Assembly (NCBI GenBank): GCA_045639365.1
Contig: JAZUCY010000010.1
Span: forward strand, 20,615 to 84,614
DNA: 64,000 nucleotides
Direction of reading: 5' to 3'
DNA from: Paludibacteraceae bacterium
GTDB lineage: Bacteria > Bacteroidota > Bacteroidia > Bacteroidales > Paludibacteraceae
Under the pieces are notes generated by a model. It was not told the DNA's origin, searched no databases, and was given only the letters and a program-made list of their open reading frames with translations. This document shows positions 1-7,598 of the stretch, in pieces. Position 1 is the first letter of the stretch. Each line of letters opens with the position of its first letter. Position numbers and translations under genes: made by a program.

Positions 1-1125
1 TACCTGCAACAACGTTTTGGTATGAACACCTACAAATCAGGTGCATGGCTCTTCTTTGTCAGCAAGATGTTGGGTGCGAGTGTGCGTCTGTTTGTAGTAG
101 GCGAGGTATTGCAATTATTGGTGTTTGGACCATTGGGTGTTCCATTTTGGGTTAATGCTATCTTCACGGTGATGATCGTCTATCTCTGTACGTTCAAGGG
201 AGGTGTGAAGTCACTTATTTGGACGGACTTGCTCAAGACCTGCTGCCTTATCCTCTCTGTGGCACTATGTATCTACTTTGTGTTGCGTGCAGGGGTGAAT
301 ATTGACGGTTGGACCAGCAGCAGCATGACTCGCGTTTTCTTCTTGGATAATCCTAAAGAGGGAACTTATTTTTGGAAACAGTTCCTCGCGGGTATTTTCC
401 TTGTGATAGCAACTACTGGTCTTGACCAAGACCTCATGCAGCGTACGCTATCGTGTAAGAATCCTCGTGAGAGTCAGAAGAACCTCATTGTGGGTGCACT
501 CATGCAGATTGTGGTGATTGGGCTCTTCCTTTTCCTTGGATTCTTGCTCTACTCCTACGCTAACCAAACGGGAGTGACCGAGGTGGCACAACTCAAGGGT
601 GATGATGTATTCCCATTCTTGGCAACAGGTAACTATTTCCCTGTGGTCGTGGGTGTGCTGTTTATTATCGGTTTTATCGCTGCGGCATATTCGGCTGCGG
701 GTAGTGCGCTAACCGCACTCACTACGTCATTTACGGTGGATATTCTCAATAAAGAGAAGGATACTAATCTCACACAAATCCGCACTTGGGTGCATATAGG
801 AATGGCTGTATTGATGGCAGCATGTATATATGTTATCCACATTTTGAACAATGACTCTGTCATTCAGACGGTGTATAAGGTGGCAAGTTATACCTACGGA
901 CCACTATTGGGAATGTTCTGTTTTGGTATTTTCACCAAGCGTCAGGTACGCGACTGTTGGATACCGCTGGTGGTGATTTTAGCGCCTGTTATCACATGGG
1001 TGATAGACGTGAACTCTGCTGTGTGGTTCAACGGATACGTCTTCTCGCACGAGCGCTTGATTCTCAACGCCCTGCTCACGTTTGTAGGTATGGTGTGCTT
1101 GATTAAGACAAACAAAGAGTCATAA
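1..1125 (+). CDS. sodium:solute symporter (SSS) family transporter, 5' end outside the window
   Basis: ORF 22..1125 stays open in the same frame back to nt 1 (YLQQRFG precedes the first Met). The protein is a very hydrophobic multi-TM protein. The GLDQDLMQRTLSCKN segment resembles the conserved SSS-family motif. Confidence 0.65.
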   Translation, partial: YLQQRFGMNTYKSGAWLFFVSKMLGASVRLFVVGEVLQLLVFGPLGVPFWVNAIFTVMIVYLCTFKGGVKSLIWTDLLKTCCLILSVALCIYFVLRAGVNIDGWTSSSMTRVFFLDNPKEGTYFWKQFLAGIFLVIATTGLDQDLMQRTLSCKNPRESQKNLIVGALMQIVVIGLFLFLGFLLYSYANQTGVTEVAQLKGDDVFPFLATGNYFPVVVGVLFIIGFIAAAYSAAGSALTALTTSFTVDILNKEKDTNLTQIRTWVHIGMAVLMAACIYVIHILNNDSVIQTVYKVASYTYGPLLGMFCFGIFTKRQVRDCWIPLVVILAPVITWVIDVNSAVWFNGYVFSHERLILNALLTFVGMVCLIKTNKES

Positions 1126-1244
1126 ACTTAGATTAAGGTAAAACAGTGGTCAGTCTGCCGGGAAACTACACGGCAGTAACGAGGTGGTAACGGGGTGGTA
1201 ACGGTTACGCTGGCTGGAGAGGTAAAGGAAACATAGAAAATAGA

Positions 1245-1285
1245 TAAAAAAGAGTGTGTCAAAATGCAGACACACTCTCTTTTTA
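1245..1285. terminator. bidirectional intrinsic terminator between the convergent symporter and helicase genes
   Basis: Perfect 10-bp stem AGAGTGTGTC(1251-1260)/GACACACTCT(1269-1278), with an A-run upstream and a T-run downstream. Confidence 0.7.
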
Positions 1286-3523
1286 TTATTCTGTTTTCTC
1301 TAATTTCGCGTATGTAAGGAGCAATGTTTTCTTACCTACTTCGTCAAATAGAATATCTATTTTCTCGTTGTCATTTTCGCGATAGACTTCCAGTACAGTT
1401 CCTTTGCCGAACACGCGGTGCATCACGCGATCATCTTTTGCCCATTCGGAGCGAATCGCTTTCTTTTTGCTTTTCTCTTTGGCACCTGTTGTAGGAGTGA
1501 GGTGTGACATGCTCAGCGAGGATGCACTTGTAGTTATATGTGCAGGGCGCGAAGTGGCTGCTGATTCGGTGTTCAATACAAATTGTTTATCTATCTCCTT
1601 CAGGAATCGTGATGGGGTAGTGAAGGTCACTTGTCCGTTGCGGAAACGCTGTTTGGCATTCATCAGATGGCAATGCTCCATACTGCGTGTGATGGCCACA
1701 TATAGCAGTCGTCTCTCCTCTTCTATCTCGCGCTGTGTTTGGCTGAATGCCGATGGGAAGAGGTTCTCCTCCAGTCCAACGATAATCGTGTGGCGGAACT
1801 CCAATCCTTTGGCAGCATGTATAGTGAGCAGGGTCACACGTGCTTGTGTATCGTCTAAGTTTTCATCCTGATCAGTGAGCAGACTCACCTCTGCCAAGAA
1901 GTCGGCTATAGGGGTAAAGTCTATACCATCCTGCTGGCGCTGTTCGCAGAACTCATGAATACTCGTTAGCATCTCTTGCAGGTTCTCGTAGCGTGCTATG
2001 CCTTCTTGTGTTGTGTCGGCCTTCGCCTCGCGCAGAATACCTGTAGCAGTCAACACGTCTTGTGCGAAGATATATGCATCTTTCTTACCCATATCTACGG
2101 CAAACTGCTCTATCATTTGCGCAAATTCTTTGACTTTGTTTTGTGCAGCAGCAGAGAGGTCATTGGTCATTGTTTCAGGGGCGATAGCCACTGCCATGAG
2201 TGATACTTTGTTCTTGCGTGCAGCTTCTTGTAGTCTTCCCACGGTAGTGTCGCCGATGCCACGAGTAGGGTAGTTGACCACGCGCAAGAAAGCTTCATTA
2301 TCATCTCGGTTGGTGATAAGGCGCAAGTATGCCAAGGCGTCTTTGATTTCCTTGCGTTGATAGAAACTGGTACCGCCGTAGATGCGGTATGGTATGCCTG
2401 CTTGACGCAATTCATCTTCTATCACGCGCGACTGCGCATTGGTGCGGTACATGACGGCTATATCGTCATAGGTGAACTTCTCCGAGCGTTTGCTCAGTAA
2501 GCGGATTTGCGAAGCAACACCTTTGGCCTCATCACGGTCGCTCATATAGGTTGATAGAGCGATACGCTCACCTATTTTCAGTTCTGAATAGACATCCTTG
2601 CGTATCTGACCTTTGTTGTGACGAATGAGCGAATTGGCAGCTTGCACGATGGTCTGTGTGCTGCGGTAGTTCTGCTCCAGCTTGCACAGTTGTGCGTCGG
2701 GGTAGTCCTTCTGGAAGTTGAGGATATTGCTGATGTCTGCTCCGCGGAAGGAGTAGATGGACTGTGCATCATCGCCTACTACGCATATATGCTGATGTGC
2801 CTCTGCCAAACGCTTGATAATCATGTATTGTGCGCGGTTGGTGTCTTGGTACTCGTCCACAAGTATGTATTGGAATAACTCCTGATACTTCTCTGTCACT
2901 TCGGGAAACTTCTGTAGTAGGGTTTGGGTATTGACTAATATATCATCAAAATCCATAGCGTTGGCAGCTTTCACGCGGCGGTTATATTCGGCGTAAATGC
3001 GTGACATATCGTTCATCTTTTCAAAGCGGTCGCGCATGAGGTATTCGCGGTCGGCAGCATACTGGTTAGGCGACTGCAGGTTATTCTTGGCCATGGATAT
3101 ACGTGCATGGACTACGCTGGGTTTGTATATCTTTTCGTCCAGATTGAAGTCTTTGATAATCTGCTTGATGACAGACTTAGAGTCGGTAGTATCATAGATG
3201 GAATAATCGCGTGTGTACCCCAATACTTCTGCTTCTTGGCGCAGTATGCGCGCGAAGATGGAGTGGAAGGTGCCCATCCACAGGTATCGAGCTAGCTCTT
3301 CTCCCACGAGTAGGTTGATGCGGTTGCGCATCTCGCGAGCAGCTTTGTTGGTGAAGGTGAGCGCAAGGATATGTCCTGCGGGAACACCTTGTTCGAGCAG
3401 ATATGCTACTTTGTATGTCAGCACGCGAGTTTTACCAGAGCCAGCTCCTGCTATGACTAATTGAGGGCCATCGTTGTACGTTACAGCCGATAATTGTGAT
3501 GGATTGAGTTGTGCGATATTCAT
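1286..3523 (-). CDS. ATP-dependent DNA helicase, UvrD/PcrA/Rep family
   Basis: 745 aa. N-terminus reads LNPSQLSAVTYNDGPQLVIAGAGSGKTRVLTYKVAYLL (Walker A). Also has DEYQDTN, the QNYRST motif and a C-terminal UvrD-type Tudor-like tail. Confidence 0.92.
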   Translation of the reverse strand: MNIAQLNPSQLSAVTYNDGPQLVIAGAGSGKTRVLTYKVAYLLEQGVPAGHILALTFTNKAAREMRNRINLLVGEELARYLWMGTFHSIFARILRQEAEVLGYTRDYSIYDTTDSKSVIKQIIKDFNLDEKIYKPSVVHARISMAKNNLQSPNQYAADREYLMRDRFEKMNDMSRIYAEYNRRVKAANAMDFDDILVNTQTLLQKFPEVTEKYQELFQYILVDEYQDTNRAQYMIIKRLAEAHQHICVVGDDAQSIYSFRGADISNILNFQKDYPDAQLCKLEQNYRSTQTIVQAANSLIRHNKGQIRKDVYSELKIGERIALSTYMSDRDEAKGVASQIRLLSKRSEKFTYDDIAVMYRTNAQSRVIEDELRQAGIPYRIYGGTSFYQRKEIKDALAYLRLITNRDDNEAFLRVVNYPTRGIGDTTVGRLQEAARKNKVSLMAVAIAPETMTNDLSAAAQNKVKEFAQMIEQFAVDMGKKDAYIFAQDVLTATGILREAKADTTQEGIARYENLQEMLTSIHEFCEQRQQDGIDFTPIADFLAEVSLLTDQDENLDDTQARVTLLTIHAAKGLEFRHTIIVGLEENLFPSAFSQTQREIEEERRLLYVAITRSMEHCHLMNAKQRFRNGQVTFTTPSRFLKEIDKQFVLNTESAATSRPAHITTSASSLSMSHLTPTTGAKEKSKKKAIRSEWAKDDRVMHRVFGKGTVLEVYRENDNEKIDILFDEVGKKTLLLTYAKLEKTE

Positions 3524-3673
3524 GGTGATATATTGTTTCTATCTTGTTGATAATACACAGCAATTTGTTAAATAGCAGGCAAAGGTACAAAAATTTTCTC
3601 ATTTATGCAAAAAAAACGAGAAAATATCCCATAAAAAATCTGTCTAAAGGTTGCATATATGCAAAAAAAGTAG

Positions 3674-3681
3674 TAATTTTG
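3674..3681 (+). promoter_or_regulatory. Bacteroidetes -7 promoter box TAATTTTG upstream of miaB
   Basis: Matches the TAnnTTTG consensus of Bacteroidetes primary-sigma promoters, about 49 nt upstream of the ATG at 3730. Confidence 0.6.
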
Positions 3682-3729
3682 CAGCGAAAATTGATTAGTA
3701 AGCATCGGAAATGCTACATCAGACAAAAC

Positions 3730-5064
3730 ATGAAACAGTTTTATATTGAGACATACGGTTGCCAGATGAATGTGGCAGATAGCGAGGTAGTAGCAGCGAT
3801 TGTGCAAATGACAGATGCACAACTCACCGACAATATAGCAGAAGCTGACATTATTATCCTCAATACTTGTTCCATTCGCGAGAACGCAGAACAAAAAGTG
3901 CAACACCGCTTGCAGGAGTTGCGTGGAGGACGAAATAGAAAAAAGGATCACAAACTCATCGGAGTCATTGGCTGTATGGCAGAGCGCATGGGTGAAGAGT
4001 TGGTGCGAGATTACGGGGTGGACTTTGTAGCAGGTCCCGATGCCTATATGGACATACCTAACCTCCTCGCTCAATGCCAACAAGGATTGCCTGCGGTGAA
4101 TATTCAACTCAGTACCACTGAGACTTACCGAGAAGTGATGCCCGCACGTATTGGTAAACAAATATCGGGTTTTGTGAGTATCATGCGCGGTTGCAATAAT
4201 TTCTGCTCCTATTGCGTAGTGCCTTACACCCGCGGTCGCGAACGCAGTCGCGACGTGGAGAGTATCAAGAATGAGGTGCTTGATCTGCAACAAAAGGGCT
4301 ACAAAGAGGTGACACTTCTGGGACAAAATGTCAACTCCTATCGCTATGAGCATACCAATGAGCAAGGCGAGACCGAGCTTATCGACTTCTCCACTCTGCT
4401 CCGTATCATAGCCGAGTTGGTACCCAATATGCGTATTCGTTTCACCACCTCACATCCTAAGGATATGTCTGACAAGACGCTGGAGGTGATAGCTCAATAT
4501 GACAATCTCTGCAAGTTCATTCACCTGCCTGTACAGAGTGGTTCTAACCGCATCTTGAAACTCATGAACCGCAAATATACCCGCGAGTGGTACTTGGAGC
4601 GCATAGCTGCTATTCGTCGTATATTGCCTGACGCTGCTATTAGCACAGACGTCTTTTGTGGCTTCCATAGCGAGACGGAGGAAGAACACCGTGAGACCCT
4701 TTCTCTCATGCGCGAGGTAGGATTTGACTCTGCTTTTATGTTTAAGTATAGCGAACGTCCAGGTACGCATGCTCAGAAGCATCTCCCCGACAATATTAGC
4801 GAGGAGGAGAAAGTACGCCGACTGAATGAGATCATTTCGCTGCAGACACAACTGTCCTTGGAATCCAATCTACGCGAAGTGGGTAAGGTAGTAGAGGTGC
4901 TGGTAGAGGGATTTTCCAAACGTAGCCATGATGATATGTACGGACGCACTAGTCAGTACAAAACGGTTGTTTTCCCACGCGAAGGCAGAAGCATAGGAGA
5001 GTTGGTAAAAGTAGAAATTTTGGAGGCTTCAGCAGCCACTTTAAAAGGAAAAATCGTAAAATAA
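3730..5064 (+). CDS. miaB: tRNA (N6-isopentenyl adenosine(37)-C2)-methylthiotransferase MiaB
   Basis: MKQFYIETYGCQMNVADSE N-terminus, radical-SAM CNNFCSYCVVP motif and a C-terminal TRAM-like domain. The start was moved from the track position 3544 to the Met downstream of the promoter box. Confidence 0.9.
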   Translation: MKQFYIETYGCQMNVADSEVVAAIVQMTDAQLTDNIAEADIIILNTCSIRENAEQKVQHRLQELRGGRNRKKDHKLIGVIGCMAERMGEELVRDYGVDFVAGPDAYMDIPNLLAQCQQGLPAVNIQLSTTETYREVMPARIGKQISGFVSIMRGCNNFCSYCVVPYTRGRERSRDVESIKNEVLDLQQKGYKEVTLLGQNVNSYRYEHTNEQGETELIDFSTLLRIIAELVPNMRIRFTTSHPKDMSDKTLEVIAQYDNLCKFIHLPVQSGSNRILKLMNRKYTREWYLERIAAIRRILPDAAISTDVFCGFHSETEEEHRETLSLMREVGFDSAFMFKYSERPGTHAQKHLPDNISEEEKVRRLNEIISLQTQLSLESNLREVGKVVEVLVEGFSKRSHDDMYGRTSQYKTVVFPREGRSIGELVKVEILEASAATLKGKIVK

Positions 5065-5128
5065 TACATTTATTACGAAAAAAACGCTTTTTTTTCATAA
5101 AAAATTTGCATGATTAAAAAAAAAGCAG

Positions 5129-5136
5129 TACTTTTG
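5129..5136 (+). promoter_or_regulatory. -7 promoter box TACTTTTG in the miaB-greA spacer
   Basis: TAnnTTTG match. It is followed by the hairpin CAACGAGA(5183-5190)/TCTCGTTG(5203-5210) and a T-rich tail. Confidence 0.45.
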
Positions 5137-5312
5137 CACTCGAAAACAATAAATTTTCATAGTTAAGGTTTAGGTTTAATGGCAACGAGAGGCTGGGAAG
5201 TTTCTCGTTGTTTCTTAAAACTACGCAAAAACAGAAGTATTGTTTTCATTATTTTTTTTGGTCTAATCTTTATATCATTATAAATCAATTCATAGAAGCG
5301 ACCTAAAGAGAT

Positions 5313-5420
5313 ATGAACGAATTAACGAACAACACCCATCCTCAGGATGTGGACTTGACCGATGTAGAAGAAGCTCGCAAAGCATTTATTGCGAGCGAAA
5401 TTTTTAATCGTAAATACTAA
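5313..5420 (+). CDS. possible 35-aa upstream ORF (MNELTNNTHPQDVDLTDVEEARKAFIASEIFNRKY) ending 8 nt before greA
   Basis: ATG-to-TAA ORF read by hand. It is not in the supplied track because it is under 60 aa. I recognise no homology. Confidence 0.2.
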   Translation: MNELTNNTHPQDVDLTDVEEARKAFIASEIFNRKY

Positions 5421-5428
5421 ATAACAAT

Positions 5429-5899
5429 ATGGCAACTAATTATGTAACCGCAGGAGGTCTTCAAAAACTGAAAGAGGAACTTCAACATTTGGAAAGCGTG
5501 GAGCGCCCACGCGTAATCGCGGCTATTGCAGAGGCACGCGAGAAAGGCGATTTGAGCGAGAACGCAGAATACGATGCAGCCAAGGAGGAACAAGGTGTCT
5601 TGGAGAGCCGTATCGCTATGCTCAAAGCTAAAATCATGGACGCTCGTATCATCGACGAGACAGACATCAACACCGACGAGGTGCAAATCTTGACCAAAGT
5701 ACGTGTACAAAACCTGAAAACAGGTCAAGAGAAAGTATATCAACTGGTCACCGAAGGAGAAGCCAATATCCTTGAGGGAAAAATAGCTACCACTACGCCT
5801 ATCGCCAAAGGTCTGTTGGGCAAAAAAGTAGGCGACACCGCTGAGGTAGTTGTACCAGCTGGTAAACTGCAATTCAAGATATTGGAAATCAGTATCTAA
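5429..5899 (+). CDS. greA: transcription elongation factor GreA
   Basis: 156 aa. The sequence GGLQKLKEELQHLESVERPRVIAAIAEAREKGDLSENAEYDAAKEEQ is the classical GreA coiled-coil signature. Confidence 0.95.
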   Translation: MATNYVTAGGLQKLKEELQHLESVERPRVIAAIAEAREKGDLSENAEYDAAKEEQGVLESRIAMLKAKIMDARIIDETDINTDEVQILTKVRVQNLKTGQEKVYQLVTEGEANILEGKIATTTPIAKGLLGKKVGDTAEVVVPAGKLQFKILEISI

Positions 5900-5935
5900 A
5901 TTTGTAAATAGTAAATTGTCAAATAGTACATCACC

Positions 5936-6340
5936 ATGACTATCTTCACCCGTATTATCAATGGCGAGATTCCCAGTTACAAAGTAGCTGAGAATGAGCA
6001 TTTTTATGCTTTCTTGGACATCAATCCGCTCCAAAAAGGACATACCCTGATTGTACCTAAGTTGGCGGAGCCAGAAGCAGATTATATATTTGACCTCGAC
6101 GATGACCTGCTCAGCGAGATGTTGGTCTTCTCCAAGCAAGTGGCTCGTGGCATCAAGGGTGCTGTGGAGTGCAAACGCGTAGGCGTAGCAGTGATAGGAC
6201 TGGAAGTGCCTCATGTTCACATGCACCTCATACCAATCAGCAAAGAGGGGGATATGTCCTTTGCTAATCCTAAGATGACTCTACCTGCAGAAGAGATGAC
6301 CGAGATAGCCAAATCTATTGCTCAAGTTATAGAGGCATAA
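5936..6340 (+). CDS. HIT (histidine triad) family protein
   Basis: 134 aa with the histidine triad HVHMHLIP. Confidence 0.9.
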   Translation: MTIFTRIINGEIPSYKVAENEHFYAFLDINPLQKGHTLIVPKLAEPEADYIFDLDDDLLSEMLVFSKQVARGIKGAVECKRVGVAVIGLEVPHVHMHLIPISKEGDMSFANPKMTLPAEEMTEIAKSIAQVIEA

Positions 6341-6361
6341 ATTAGAACAATATATACCAAC

Positions 6362-6394
6362 AAAAAATGACTGCCAATTAGCAGTCATTTTTTT
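6362..6394. terminator. bidirectional intrinsic terminator between the HIT and DUF2147 genes
   Basis: Stem ATGACTGC(6367-6374)/GCAGTCAT(6381-6388), flanked by an A-run and a T-run. Confidence 0.7.
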
Positions 6395-6413
6395 ATGCAA
6401 CAATCAATTGCTA

Positions 6414-6848
6414 TTATTGCTTAGGCAACCATGTTTGGCTTCTGCCCAGCAGACCCGCTTTGTCCAGCGAACCGCGCAAGATGAGTTTGCCATCCTTCAG
6501 ATACACCTTAGCGTAATAGAACTTACCATTATCTGGATCGAGCACTTTTCCACCGCGCAACTCACCTTTTTCCAACTGCATATCACGGATAATAGTCAAA
6601 CCCACAATAGGTTGGTTGTGATCCTCACCTTCACATGCTTCACAAACAGCAGTAGCACCATCTTCGCCAAAGAGCTCGATAATTGTACCGTAATACTTGC
6701 CATTTTCTGCTTGATAAATACGCACTACGGACTTCTGTTCGCCACTGGCATCATCTACCGTAATCCACTCGCCCAAAATAGGAGTTTGAGCCATCACTTG
6801 AGTAGCGAATAATACCATCGCTACCAACAACATTTTTGTCTTTTTCAT
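6414..6848 (-). CDS. DUF2147 domain-containing secreted protein
   Basis: 144 aa with a signal peptide. The pattern GEWITVDD...VVRIYQAENGKYYGTIIEL...C.AC.GE...P..GL.II...GG.VLDPDNGK.Y.A...L....L.LRGSL is typical of DUF2147. Confidence 0.8.
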   Translation of the reverse strand: MKKTKMLLVAMVLFATQVMAQTPILGEWITVDDASGEQKSVVRIYQAENGKYYGTIIELFGEDGATAVCEACEGEDHNQPIVGLTIIRDMQLEKGELRGGKVLDPDNGKFYYAKVYLKDGKLILRGSLDKAGLLGRSQTWLPKQ

Positions 6849-6965
6849 ATCTTATTTACGATTAAAAATGAAACATATAACTCTGTATCGGCTGCAAAAG
6901 TACAAAAAAAAGATGGAATATACCAAATCAAGAGCAAATAATTTTGATATTTGCATAAAAAATAG

Positions 6966-6973
6966 TAATTTTG
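6966..6973 (+). promoter_or_regulatory. -7 promoter box TAATTTTG upstream of rdgB
   Basis: TAnnTTTG match 26 nt upstream of the ATG at 6999. Confidence 0.55.
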
Positions 6974-6998
6974 CACGCAAGATTTGAAAATTCAAAAC

Positions 6999-7589
6999 AT
7001 GAAACTCGTATTTGCCTCTAATAATGCTCATAAGTTGGCAGAAGTTCGTCATATCCTCTCACATGTAGAGGTAGTCAGTCTTCGTGATGTCGGCTTTCTC
7101 CAAGAAATAGATGAGACTGGCCAAACGCTGGAAGAGAACTCTCGTCTCAAGGCTATGACCGTCTGGCAATGGCTCACTCTTCATCATTTAGATACGGAAT
7201 ACAATGGCGTTTTTGCAGATGACACGGGTTTGGAGATAGAGGCGCTAGGCGGGGCACCAGGTGTTTATTCGGCACGTTGGGCTGGCGAACCATCCAATGA
7301 TGCTAACAACAGAGCCAAGGCCCTGCAATTGTTGTCTAATAACAGTAACCGCACGGCGCAGTTCCGCACCGTTATCACCCTTCTCAGCCACGAGCAGGAT
7401 TTACAAGTGGAGGGTATAGTCAAGGGGCAGATAGCCACGGCGGAGAGTGGCAATCAAGGTTTTGGATACGACTCACTCTTTATCCCAGAGGGACACGACT
7501 GCACCTTTGCCATGCTCAGTGCCGAAGAGAAAAATGCAATCAGTCATCGCGCACGCGCATTGCATGCGCTACGCGCGAACATTAAATAA
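6999..7589 (+). CDS. rdgB: non-canonical purine NTP pyrophosphatase (RdgB/HAM1 family)
   Basis: MKLVFASNNAHKLAEV N-terminus, plus FGYDSLFIPEG and SAEEKNAISHRARAL motifs. The track start at 6984 is a TTG; the ATG at 6999 is preferred. Confidence 0.85.
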   Translation: MKLVFASNNAHKLAEVRHILSHVEVVSLRDVGFLQEIDETGQTLEENSRLKAMTVWQWLTLHHLDTEYNGVFADDTGLEIEALGGAPGVYSARWAGEPSNDANNRAKALQLLSNNSNRTAQFRTVITLLSHEQDLQVEGIVKGQIATAESGNQGFGYDSLFIPEGHDCTFAMLSAEEKNAISHRARALHALRANIK

Positions 7590-7598
7590 AGTATTGCT

